Assembly: GCF_009914755.1 (NCBI RefSeq)
Contig: NC_060928.1
DNA: 64,000 nt
Reading direction: 5' to 3' (one strand)
DNA from: the human T2T-CHM13v2.0 reference genome, Homo sapiens
The position numbers and the translations under genes are program-made. This document shows positions 25,971 through 38,297 of the stretch, piece after piece. The notes beneath the pieces were generated by a model, which did no database searches, was not told where the DNA came from, and saw only the letters and a program-made list of their open reading frames with translations. How positions within the stretch are numbered: the first letter of the stretch is position 1; each line of letters starts with the position of its first letter.

Positions 25971-26184
25971 TACATAATATGTATTAATGGATAATATATG
26001 TATAAATATATGTATACTATATACACATATATGTAAATATAAAATATGTATATTTAAAATAATCCAGGGAGCTAATTAGAATGGGCTATGCATATAATAT
26101 ATAATATATATTTAGAGCCAAGGTATATTATTATATTTATGTTATATATAAATATACATATTTGTATTATATAAATATATATGT

Positions 26185-26298
26185 ATTTAGAGGCAGGATC
26201 TTGCCCAGGATGCCTTTAACTACTGGGCTCAAGTGAGTCTCTTGTCTCAGCCTCCCCAGCAATTGGTACTACAGGCATGCATTCCTCATGCCCTGCTT
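26185..26298 (-). mobile_element. AluJ/FLAM-type monomer fragment
   Basis: TTTAGAGGCAGGATCTTGCCCAGG..CTGGGCTCAAGTGA..CTCAGCCTCCC..ACTACAGGCATG. Confidence 0.7.
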
Positions 26299-27839
26299 GA
26301 TTTTGAATATTTCAAATATTACTCTCAATTACTTGTTTTTAAGTTGAATTTAATTTTCTATTGGTACATTTTTTCTCTTGCTGATTTATTTTAAAACCCT
26401 TTAAATGTTTAAGAATACTAAAGCATTAAATAGAAAACTATAAAATAGATACTAATTTTACACACATATTTTTGGCATGCTTAAACTTATGGATATTAAA
26501 GATTTTATTGGAGGGAAACTGGATTAAAGAAAAAATAAAGTGCCCCAAACCCATGTATCTTTTTTTGATACTTTGAAATAATGGGATCCAACCCACGCTA
26601 AAATTAATGAACTATTCCTTCATAGCAATGCACAAAAAAAGGAATCACTCAGTTTAAAATTTAAAGTAATCTTTTTTCTTTCCTACATCATTTGTTACAA
26701 AGAGAATATACCATTCAGGCCAGGTAGAAACAAAGAATCTATTCATTGACAAAATGAATTGATTAAATATCATTTGCCAGTAACAAGTACTGTCATAATA
26801 AAAACTGGCCTTGTGCAGACCAATGGAAAGCTATTTAAAAGGATGCTAAATGTTATAACTTCTCCTCCATACCCCCAAATCATGCTGCTATCACTTTACT
26901 TTGTGAAAAACGAGAACTGACTTGTATAAAATTGTTTGACATTAAACTTGGGGCTGTCAACAGCCTACTGATAAATACAAATGTTCCACAGTGCCTTCTG
27001 CTATTATTTTAGACATTACTTGAATGTACTTTCTAAACTCATATATCAAATCAAAGTTGTAAGTTCCTACTGAGTAATTCCACCAATATTTCCTCCATAG
27101 CTTTTTGTGCTTGAGTTTCTGTTATCTAGTAGATACATGTTATTCCTAGGGAATAATGCCTGTTTTTATATTGCAGACCTAGGTATATTATTGTAAACTA
27201 ATACGTTTCTAGAGTTTTGAAAGCAACACTTAACTACTTTGTGTTGTACCTTACAACAAAAACAGATTGATTTGAACTTGAGGGCAAACTATCCCTGCCA
27301 CATGATGAGTGTCAAGATAATTGATGAGTGCATCTAGCGTTTATCAATACTCACTCTAATATGATTTTTTGTTCTCTGTAAAACTTAAAAAATTTCTCTG
27401 CATTCAAATGAATAATAAATAAAACATATTTTTGCAGACCTTGTTTATATTAGAATAGTCTTGAATTTTATTTTATTACTTTATTATATCACAAATTTTA
27501 AAGTCCCATCATTCCATAACTAAATGTAAATAAGTATTCCATAGTTTAAAAGCTAATCTCATAATTTCATAACTAATTTCATAATTTCATAACTAAATAT
27601 AAATGGAATATAATGCCAAATTTTAAGAGAATTCATTGTTTAATTATCTGAGTTAAGGCTCAGTGCAATGTTATGTTTTTTTGGGATAATTAAATTATTT
27701 CCTTGGTGAATTGTCTATAGCTAGTGGTTTTACTTATAAATTTAATTAAAGTGGTTCAGTTCAAAAAATACTTTTGTGCTTAATATTTTTGCTACTAGGA
27801 AGTGAAAGTAAATAAATCACATTCCTTTCATTCAGTAAG

Positions 27840-28493
27840 TGTATTAGTCTGTTCTCACGCTGCTAATAAAGACATACCTGAGACTGGGTAATTTATAAAG
27901 AAAAAGAGGTTTAATGGACTCACAGTTCCACGTGGCTGGGCAGGCCTCACAGTCAGAGAGGAAGGTGAAAGAAGGGTAAAGTCACGTCCTACATGGCAAC
28001 AGACAAGAGAGCGTGTGCAGGGGAACTCGTATTTTTTTTTTTTTTTTTTAGATAGAGTTTTGCTCTTTTTGCCCAGGCTGGAGTGCAATGGTGATCTCTG
28101 CTCACTGCAACCTCTACCTCCGGGGTTCAAGAGATTCTCCTGCCTCAACTTCCTGAGTAGCAGGGATTACAGGCATATGCCACCATGCCTGGCTAATTTT
28201 GTATTTTTAGTAGAGAAAAATTTAGTAATTTTTCTCCATGTTGGTCAGGCTGATCTTGAACTCCCAACTTCAGGTGATCCACCCACCTCAGTCTCCGAAA
28301 GTCCTGGGATTACAGGCATGAGCCACTGTGTCCAGCCAGGAACACCTCTTTATAAAACCATCATATCTTGTGAGACTCATTCACTATCATGAGAACAGTA
28401 GGGGATTCAATTACCCCTCACTAGGTTCCTCCCATGACACATGGGAATTATGGGAGCTCCAACTCAAGATGAGATTTGGGTGGGGACACATCA
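27840..28493 (-). mobile_element. THE1B/C solo LTR interrupted by an Alu; 5-bp TSD GTAAG
   Basis: TGTATTAGTCTGTTCTCACGCTGCTAATAAAGACATACC..GAGATTTGGGTGGGGACACATCA; GTAAG at 27835-27839 and 28494-28498. Confidence 0.92.
28032..28337 (-). mobile_element. AluS (Sp/Sq-like) inserted in THE1 LTR
   Basis: Poly-T then antisense Alu with TTTTGCTCTTTTTGCCC and TGCAATGG. Confidence 0.9.
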
Positions 28494-29151
28494 GTAAGGT
28501 ATAGACTAGTTCAAGAAGACATATAAACAAGAAAATAATGTTCTATGAAAGTTGTTAAGAAAGTCAATGAATAATGCTCAAAATAGGCAGTTGAAAATAC
28601 TTAATTTTATTTTTGCTGTTTTGAACTTATTTCCTGCCATTTAAATATTAATGTGTTTTGTAATTATAAAAGAGGCAGAAGAAAATTGTTTCTACTTGAT
28701 GTTTATAAATCTCAACTGGCATATTACTATGGGTCATGGATTTGTATTATATGAAACAATAAAGAAAACACAAATTTATATGCTGTTGGCAAATAAAAAT
28801 TATCATAGATATTGTAAATATATTAAATCAGTAGAGTTTTGCACATTAAAGCTACTTTTTAGGTGTGGGGACAATCAGTATAGAAAAACACAGGTGACTG
28901 CACCTTTTGTTTAGATATTAAAAACAGTTTGAAAACTAAATCAGTTTTGGCATAGAACCGATATTTTCACAAACAAAAAGCTCCCAGGAAACTTTCACAC
29001 AGGGGTGATCCTTTATGTGGGTTTTGAAAGACAGAAAAGTGTTCACCAGAGGAGCAGGGAAATACATCCTTAACTAGGAAAAAAAATACAGGATTTGAGC
29101 TGGGAAAATACATGGTGAACCAAAGAAATGGTGAATAGAAATCACCACGAC

Positions 29152-29199
29152 CACATACGCGCATGCGCGCACACACACACACGCAAACACACACACACA
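29152..29199. repeat. (CA)n/(CG)n alternating purine-pyrimidine tract
   Basis: CACATACGCGCATGCGCGCACACACACACACGCAAACACACACACACA. Confidence 0.9.
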
Positions 29200-30461
29200 G
29201 TCTTCTAATTTCTTGAGAGAACAATTTGATCTGCCTGTTCTCTGATCTGTATCTTCTTAAGTTGTCTGCAGCAAGTAGATATTCAAAATTGTCTGCATAA
29301 TAAATAAGAGAAACATCACAGGTAGAAGCAATCAATACTCTTCCTTTTTCTTCCTCATTAGGTATTACAAACATACTTGTTCCAATTAGTGGCATAATTA
29401 TTGTAGCTGAAATTAAACTATTTGTTTGATGAAACAAGGTCAACTTTGGATGTATGTTTGATATTTATTTGATATTTTAATAAATAAATTATCTTCCAAA
29501 AAAAAAACTGATATTTTCTTCTCATGTTTCCAATTTCCCAGAATGCCAATCTGATTTGAAAGCATTTTTTTCTTTTATTTTTCAACTACTAAAGATGTTT
29601 CATTGATAGAACAATGACAAAGATATCACTTGACCTGATTTTACTCTATTCAAATACGTAAGTTGCCCTCATAAAGACAAGTGGAGAAGGTTGCATCCCC
29701 CAGTAGTTTAAAGATTTTCCTGGTAAAATGGTATCGTTATTTCCTTAAATACCAAAGCTTACTTTGCCGATGTGAAAAGATTTTTTATGAAAACCAGCTG
29801 AACAAAACTTGAACAGTTATATGTTAGTTCCACACCCTGGAATGAATAAATTATGAGCTTAGATATTCTATTTTTAGAATTAAAAAAAATAAATCTACTA
29901 TAAAATAAAATTTTAGAAAATGTTAAAAATAAGATGGTACCAAGACATTATTTAGCATATATAAAATACTTTTTAAATGCCTAGTATAATCAAAGCACTT
30001 AATAAATGCCATGAGTATTATTGTCATTATTTCAATAAAATAAAATGTAAGATAATCCTTTTTCTTATGATAGTGCTATCTTATTCAACAGAAATGTTAA
30101 GTAGAAATAGCATAGTGATTTGTGACATGTATGCAGTCATTTACATGAGTGATATGCAACCATGTTGTATTAATTGCCAGTTTATAAAATATTGGAATAC
30201 TCCCATGCAGATTTATAAATAGCCACTACCCTGAGAGCTCCACAGTGTCTTTTTGCCATAGCTTTGGCCTTTTCGTAGAGTTTCCCATGATTTACCAATT
30301 GAAGGATGAATGTCTTATGCAGCAGACATCCTCAGCTCCACTACATAGGCCAGTGTCCATTCTGTCTGATGGTTGCCCATTCTGTACCAGAAATTGTTAA
30401 ATAATTTTGATTTCACATCTGGATTTACAATAGATCACCATGATAAAGTGAAAAGTGTATG

Positions 30462-30876
30462 TGATATGGTTTGGAAGTGCATACACTTCAAATCTCATGT
30501 TGAAAAGTGACCTTCAGTGTTGGAGGTGAGACCTAGTGGGAGGTGTTGGGTCATGAGAGTAGATCCCTCATGAAAGGCTTGGTGTCCATCCCACAGTAAT
30601 TTGTGGTAATGAGTTCATGTGAGATCTAGTTGTTCAAAAGAGTGTGTTAACTTCCCCTTCTCTCTCTTGCTCCCTATCTCACCATGTGACACACCTGCTC
30701 CCACCTGCTTCACCTTCCACCACGATTATAAGTTTTCTGAGGCCTCACCAGAAGAAGGTGCCAATGCCGTGCTTTTTTGTACAGTGTGTACAACCATGAG
30801 CCAAATAAATCTCTATTCTTTATAAATTACCCAGCGTCAGGTATTCCTTTATAGCAACATAAAACAGACTAACACA
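30462..30876 (+). mobile_element. MSTB/MSTB1 solo LTR
   Basis: TGATATGGTTTGG..AAATCTCATGTTGAAA..GAGCCAAATAAATCTCTATTCTTTATAAATTACCCAG..CAGACTAACACA. Confidence 0.88.
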
Positions 30877-31139
30877 ATGTGAGATTTGAAACATGTTTTG
30901 ATTATTATTCTACTTTTAAATTGGGCAGAATTAAAGCCTTGGTTTTCTCCTCTGCAACAATGGTCTTATTTTATGTACCATTCACATTGTGAAGATGAAA
31001 TTAAGTTATGTAAAAAATTATCTACAAAGTAGACCTTAAAAATTGATTACATCTGAAAGTTCTATTAATATTTTTTTATTCCTAAGTTTATATGAAATAT
31101 TTTCCAGACTCCAGATGGGTTAAGCAAAGGAATTCCCAA

Positions 31140-31295
31140 TAATCTATTTATTTGACCTAATATTCATAGTTATTGTACCAAGCACTGACCCAGCCATAGG
31201 GATTCATCATATAACAAAACAAAACAAAGCAAAACAAAACAAAACAAAACAGGACAGTTCCATTATAAAGAAGCTTGTAGTTTCATTTGGGCATC
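31140..31295 (-). mobile_element. L2 3' fragment with (CAAAA)n (31214-31250)
   Basis: TATTTATTTGACCTAATATTCATAGTTATTGTACCAAGCACTG..GAAGCTTGTAGTTTCATTTGGG. Confidence 0.55.
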
Positions 31296-31729
31296 AGATC
31301 AAAATATTAAATTAATAACATATTTTAAAAGGTTATGATGATAATAAAACTGAAGCCTCTGCACTCTCATAATACCTTTTTTACCATAAAAATATAGCTT
31401 TTTTCTGCACCTAAATTTAATTTATTTCAAGCTAATAAAATGTGGTATTAGAATATGAAATATTTAATAAGTTTCTGTTTTATTGAAAGACAAAGTAAAA
31501 ATCAGTGAAGTTTGAATTGGTCAAGATATGAGTATAGGAAGGCAGATAAATTCAGAAATACAGAGAAACTGGCTCTCCTAACTACAGGGTGAGAAAGAAT
31601 ATAGAAGATTAATAGCGTACTGAAATCTTGCCAAGTCCTACGGAAACAAGAAGGGTAACTTCCTATAATATGTTGAGACCAAAAATCATTTTGTGGATAG
31701 ATTTACTTCGTGAGCTCATTAGAGATTCA

Positions 31730-32037
31730 TTATTTTTATTTTATTTTATTATTTTATTTTGTGTTTGAGACAGGATATTGCTCTGTTGCCAGATTGGAGT
31801 GCAGACGCATGGTCATGGATCACTGCAGCCTCGCCCTCCCTGGCTCAACTTAAGCCTTCTGGGTAGCTGGGATTATAGGTGTGCATCACCATGTCCAGCT
31901 AATTTTTAAATTACCTTTTTAGAGACAAAGTCTCACTATGTTGCCCAGTCTGGTCTCAAACTCCTGGGCTCAAGCAATCCTACCACCTCGGCACCCCACA
32001 GTGCTAGCATTATAGTTGTGAGCCACCATGCTGAGCT
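31730..32037 (-). mobile_element. AluJ
   Basis: Diverged antisense Alu with J features (CACTGCAGCCTCG, GTCTCACTATGTTGCCCAG, CTCCTGGGCTCAAGCAATCC). Confidence 0.88.
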
Positions 32038-33804
32038 GATAATTATTTTTAAAAGATTGCTTTATATGACAGTGGCCTCTAATCGGTGGATCTTATGCCT
32101 GTTGACTCTAGACTTCCGCGTTGATTGCTTCTAATTAATATTAAGTATGTTTCTGCTTGGACTTTACACTTACCATGCCCTATTATGATAACGCAATAGA
32201 TGTCTTTCTCTGCTTATCAAACTTTAAAAAACCCAGAGTGAAGATGGGGCTGTCTTGAAGTAACTGCCCAATTCAAGGAAAGTTTTTACTGCTATTGGAT
32301 CCTGGCTCACAGAGGCAAAAGGAAACCTAATTCCTACAGGTACTCTATACTGTCCTATATAAACTGCATTAAGATCTGTGCCACTTTTTCATGACGAAAT
32401 TGGAAAGCATCCATGCAGATTACGGTGATCCACAGGGAAAAGATTTGCAGTTTTATTTTGCTTTAGGAAGTAAAATATTCCATGGTAGTTTATGATTTTT
32501 TAGTTTCATCATCACAGAATTTCAAAAAAGTTATCTCATTTTATATATAGTGTGTGTGTGCATATATATATATATATACCCACAAATATATTTATATGAC
32601 TGTGTAATATTAATACCAATGTATATTTTTTCTGAATATGTTTTTGTGTATATATTTACATCCATAGATATGTACATATAATCTATTATCATATATATAT
32701 CATATTGGTAGAATGAACAAAAAGCATATATATGTGTCTCTGTTTACATATTTTTTATTTTATATAATATTCATAAACCTTAAAATAGTTCATAAACAAT
32801 GGAAAGTACCTACAAACTATAAAAGATACTTATTCTGTTCTTATATAGGAATGAACAAATATATAAAGAATGAAAAGAAATTATATATCCCAAGATACTT
32901 CTCAGTTATATTGACGAACACCGTATTTTTATTACACTAAGGACATCTGAAGACCTATGTGTAAATTTGATTTTTATCTACTGTCAGTGAAATATTGATG
33001 AAAGTCGTAAACAGATTTAGCAAACAGATTTACCAACATTTATTATTTCTGGAGCAATAACAATATCTAAAAACTATCAAGAGGATGAATTCCAAAAGAA
33101 ACGATTTCTAAATCAATAAAAGCTCAAGCTGTCAAATCCTTCTTTCTTAAAAGAAAGTTAATGGCTCCTGGTTTTCGAAAATCAACATTTACTTTGGTAT
33201 AAAAAGTATGATTTTAGAGAATCTATATATTTACGTAATTATTAATTCAGTAAAGAATGCAGTTAAGACACATACAACTTGAAGACTGGCAGAATATTTG
33301 GTAAGAATGTAACACATTCTACTATAGGCATTCACATTGAATAAAAAATCTTCCAATTGAAACATTCTGGCAATCTTTGGGTAGAAGTTGCCAAAGCATT
33401 CAGAAGTACAATTTTATATTTTATCATAATATAAAATATGTTTTCTGTTGATATTTCATATACAATTGAAATTCTTATTAAAATAATTATTCAGTGCTTA
33501 TCTTGAAAAATTTAAATTATAAAGAACTTACATTTTATTTGCTCAAAGTTGACATTCAATTTTAAATCAAAATGTGGCATTAGCACATAGTCAGTAGTGT
33601 GTGTTTTCTATTTTTAAGTGCTCAAAATATAAAAAATAAGAATTTGAAAGCTGATAGTTGTTAGAGGGTCTACAAGTTTACCTACACTGTGTAAAAAGGG
33701 AAGTGCTTTTAGAAGAATGGGGAAAGGTTTAGAGCTTTCTTTCCCCACTACAATTTAATTTTGGCTCTATGACACTGAAATAGGTTATTAACATAGCATT
33801 GATC

Positions 33805-33940
33805 TGGGCTTGTTTCCAAACTTATCATTTACAAAAATGTGTTCTATAGAATACTAGTCTATGGATATGTTCCTATTCAGGCCTGCTGAAAAAATAAATT
33901 AAAAAAAAAGGTCTTGTCAAATAAATCTGGGACACTATCC
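33805..33940 (+). mobile_element. MER103-like hAT-Charlie fragment, interrupted by the next Alu
   Basis: GTGTTCTATAGAATACTAGT..GGTCTTGTCAAATAAATCTGGGACACT resembles MER103C. Confidence 0.5.
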
Positions 33941-33950
33941 ATAGTACTTT

Positions 33951-34243
33951 TTTTTTTTTCTTTTGAGACAGAGTCTCGCTCTGTCACCCAGACTGGAGTG
34001 CAGTGGTGCAACTTGGCGCACTGCGACCTCCGCCTCCTGGGTTCACGCCGTTCTCCTACCTCAGCCTCCTGAGTAGCTGGGACTATAGGCGCCCGCCACC
34101 ACTCCCGGCTAATTTTTGTATTTCTAGTAGAGACAGGGTTTCACTATGTTGGTCAGGCTGGTCTCGAACTCCTGACCTCTTGATCCGCCTGCCTCAGCCT
34201 CCCAAAGTGCTGGGATTACAGGCATGAGCCACCGCGCCCAGCC
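33951..34243 (-). mobile_element. AluS/Y-type Alu, TSD CATAGTACTTT (33940-33950 / 34244-34254)
   Basis: Full antisense Alu with an exact 11-bp flanking direct repeat. Confidence 0.92.
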
Positions 34244-35851
34244 CATAGTACTTTCATCTTGATGATTTACTCTGCAGCAATTTCCAAATTTGGTTTTTTA
34301 TTCTTTTTTTTTTTCCTTGAGTCTCTCTAGAGACCAGCATTTTCATATACAAGCTTTGCTACACATTACTAAAGGGAAGCTAAAAAGGTGATTCTGAAAG
34401 ACTTTTTGAGATAAAATTCTAGGATGTTTGAATGACAAGATAACATTTTTAAATTTAATTACATAAGTGTAAAGTGACACCGAAAGGGAATGAAATGATT
34501 AAAGGGGTGTTTTAAGGTGAATCCAGCATCATTGTACAGAGATAACTTTTGGGGAAAAAATTTGCTCTAGGGAGTGTCCAGGAGGTTACTATAACAATGA
34601 AAGTCCTTTTGCTTTATTAGTTTGACCAAATCCAGACGTTCATATACATATTTAAAATGGTATCTACGAATTGGTGTGGTTTTATGTAGGTTCAGTCCAT
34701 CATGTGTTATTACATATTATTCCTCCAAAATTCTGTCGCTTCTTCATTTTTCAGCACGCACACAGACACACACACACCCCACAGCCTCAGTTACAATTTG
34801 TCTCATGCTGTAAATAAAATGCCTATACCTAAATTTCATTTCTAACCCCCCCGTTTCCCAATTTTGGGATCATTTTATCCTCTTATTGACTTTTAGATTG
34901 GAGAGAAGAGTTTATTAGAATCAATTTTATCTATTGCTTTCAGAATTCTGTAACTTCAATAAGGTCTAAAAAGGTTAATGCCCTTTTATCAAAATGAATA
35001 AGCCCAATTTCCTCAAACTTTTCTTTCAAATAGTATCATTGATTCTAAAACACTGTGCTCTGCTCCCTCAAGGGTAAGTATGTCTTTAAGTGGCTATTTG
35101 CCAAACCAGTATTTTACAATATGTTCCAGCCATGTCCAGAATCACATAAGGATTGCTCCGGTTGAAATGGAATTGCTCTAGTAGAGTATCTTATCTGCTA
35201 TCTTTTAAGCCATATATTAGGCTTTAGGTCCACAGGTATTATAATAGCTATAAAATAATTTTCTTCTGTCAAGGTCATTAGCTTAACTCCCATTTAGCTG
35301 AAATTAGCAGATTTATTCCTTGAGTCTCTCTGGTCATAATTGTCTTTCCCTGAAGTATCACCTTACTTCTTACTATAAAATTTTATATCCTTTGTTGCTG
35401 CACTCTCATTAGTAAAAATAAATTGCATATGTGTAATTTTTAAATTAATATAATTTTTGTAATTTCATGGTAGGATATTTTAACTGTAAATAATAGTTTA
35501 AAAATAAAACGTGAAATATGATAAAAATAATCATTATATGAAAAAAATTTATTTACAATAATAATGGAACATTACTTTGCTCCATCCTTAGGTAAATATT
35601 TTTAGAGATTATGTAAACTCAATTATTTCACTAATTGAAATATTTCACTCAAATATTTCACTAGTTCTAAATTAAATTAGAACTAGTAATAATATAGTAT
35701 AGGTGGGGAAGCTCTTTCTATTCATTCACAATCTGCCAAATGCCTTTGAGAATTTTGCACAATTCTTCTTGGTCTTCCTTCATGCACACTCTGTTTTCAG
35801 TAACCATGAATTCATGAAAGATTGATGGCTAAAAGATACTAAAGATACAAT

Positions 35852-35900
35852 GGTACTTTAAAAGGAGGATCTAAAGGTACTTTAAAAGGAGGATCTAAAG
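35852..35900. repeat. Perfect 24-bp tandem duplication GGTACTTTAAAAGGAGGATCTAAA x2
   Basis: 35852-35875 equals 35876-35899. Confidence 0.95.
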
Positions 35901-36060
35901 TTTTAGTTTACCTCTTATTTTTATTTAATTCCATCCACATTTTGGTGGAGCTTCGATTTAAACATACCTTGAAGATTTTCTTGACATGGCCAGAGTGATT
36001 TGATTTTGGAAATCATATGATTATAAAACTCTACATTTAGCATAAAGTAGTGAGTCAATA

Positions 36061-36191
36061 TTTTTTTTTCTTTTGTAGAGACGGGGTTTCACCTTGATAG
36101 CCAGGATGGTCTCAATCCCCTAACCTCGTGATCCCCCTGCCTCAGCCTCCCAAAGTGCTGGGATTACAGACATGAGCCATCGCGCCCAGCT
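36061..36191 (-). mobile_element. Alu left monomer only (Y/Sc-type diagnostics)
   Basis: GTAGAGACGGGGTTTCACC..AGCCAGGATGGTCTC..CCTCGTGATCC..CGCGCCCAGCT; right arm absent. Confidence 0.88.
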
Positions 36192-36324
36192 CTCAATTTC
36201 TTTTTTTTTAGATTTCATGATGTTCTATAGCAAATATACATAGTAGAAAAGTTGCTCAATTTCTTTTTTTTTTTAGATTTCATGATGTTCTATAGCAAAT
36301 ATACATAGTAGAAAAGTTGCTCAA
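36192..36324. repeat. ~64-bp tandem duplication (63 + 65 bp, differing only in T9 vs T11)
   Basis: CTCAATTTC(T)nAGATTTCATGATGTTCTATAGCAAATATACATAGTAGAAAAGTTG at 36192-36254 and 36255-36319, followed by CTCAA. Confidence 0.95.
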
Positions 36325-37102
36325 ATTCAGATATCTTGTCCTTTTTAAATAACATAGTTGTTTTTCAAGACAAGCTTTGAGAAACCCTTTAAGGTCAATG
36401 GCCAGTTGTAGGAATAAGTAGCTCAGCTGTCTTTTTGGTCGAGTAAGAAGCTGTTTTCTATGTGTGAAAACTGTTGGCTTTTTGATCTATGTATGCTATT
36501 AGAGAGAGTGACGATAGATGAAATAATAGATACAAAACAATGTACTTGGTTTGCTATTTTATTTAAAATGAATTTTTCCTACTTTATTTTCCTTACTGAG
36601 TTCAAAGTGAGCAACATAAATAGCAAAAATATGGATATATGTTTATTATCTTAGAGCCAAGCTAACCTTAATATTATGTTAATTCACTTTAAATAACAAT
36701 TAGTGGGGGTGGTGGTTAATAAACAAACAAATATATAAATGAATATATTGCTCTATTTAACATCTGAGATTTTCAATCTTCAAGGGTGATGCAGAACATT
36801 GGGTTAAGTAGAGAATTGAAACAGAAAATATTTTAGTTATGCATAGACATCACAAAAGTAGCATCATTGACACCAAAAAGCAGATATTTTAGGGCCATTA
36901 TGAAAAAAAATATCATTCACTTGCTTGCTCTAATTTTATATTTCTTGAAGTGAGGCAAAACTTTTCATTCTCTTACTTAATATTAATCTTAAATCAAGTA
37001 ATAAAATATTTTGATGAAAATACAAACCCAATATGAGTGACTAATACTAGTGACTTTACTGCAATAATTACTTTGGAAAAGTACTTGACAAAGTACAACT
37101 GA

Positions 37103-37441
<339 letters not shown>

Positions 37442-38297
37442 TCAGTAAAATGTTCACAAAGAGATGGTGTGGAAAAGGTGAAGTTGATTTTCTGATACCA
37501 CCGTTTTTGTTGGCACCAGCCCTGAAACATAAGCCTGATACTTTATTTAGTAACTTTCTGCTTCTGCATGGCATGAAGCTTCTTTAAAAAAAAATATATA
37601 TATATATATGTTAAAATACTGATCTACTCATCTTCCTCCGTGTCTCCTTCTGCAGAAGAATAAGCTAAGCATAAATTCTGCTATATCTGGTAATCAAGAA
37701 ACATTCAGGTGGCTTTCAAGTAACTACACACAACAAATGTGTTTTCCGTTTCTCTTAACAGTATGTTTTCTCTGAGATTCATTGGGAAAGGATAAGGGTC
37801 TCTCTCATGTGTATTCAGAAGCTTTTTTACCTTACTACACAGCTGGCCAAGGGTGTCATGGACCGCCATAGCTATTTTGCTGATCATGTAAACTGCTGGA
37901 GTGTCCTCTCAAAATCCAAACTTCCTGTCATCTACACATGAATGCCTTCTATCACATATGCTTAACGTGAGAATTAAAGGAGACATAAATGTAGAAATTC
38001 CTAATCCAGTGCTGAACACATGATTGGTGACTATTACCTCCAATCTTGCTCTTTTCTCCATTACTCTTAAGTCTGCTTCTTTGCGGAAGAATAATTCGTT
38101 CTAATTAATACTGTGTAAATTACCACACATCATTCAGTAGATATCATTCCATTTCAAATAGATTGATCCTGGCAAGAATTTTAACTTCTCCCACCGCACA
38201 TTTTCTCAGATTTGAGATACTTATAAAGCCAATCTCAAGGGGCTCTGGCAAGACAGAACTGAATGGCATTTGGCATCCAAAATTTCCAGATGACTAC

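Noticed and set aside
28967-29443. 158-aa minus-strand ORF
   Set aside because: Non-ATG start, runs through a (TG)n microsatellite (CVCVCV), no recognisable domain or splice structure.
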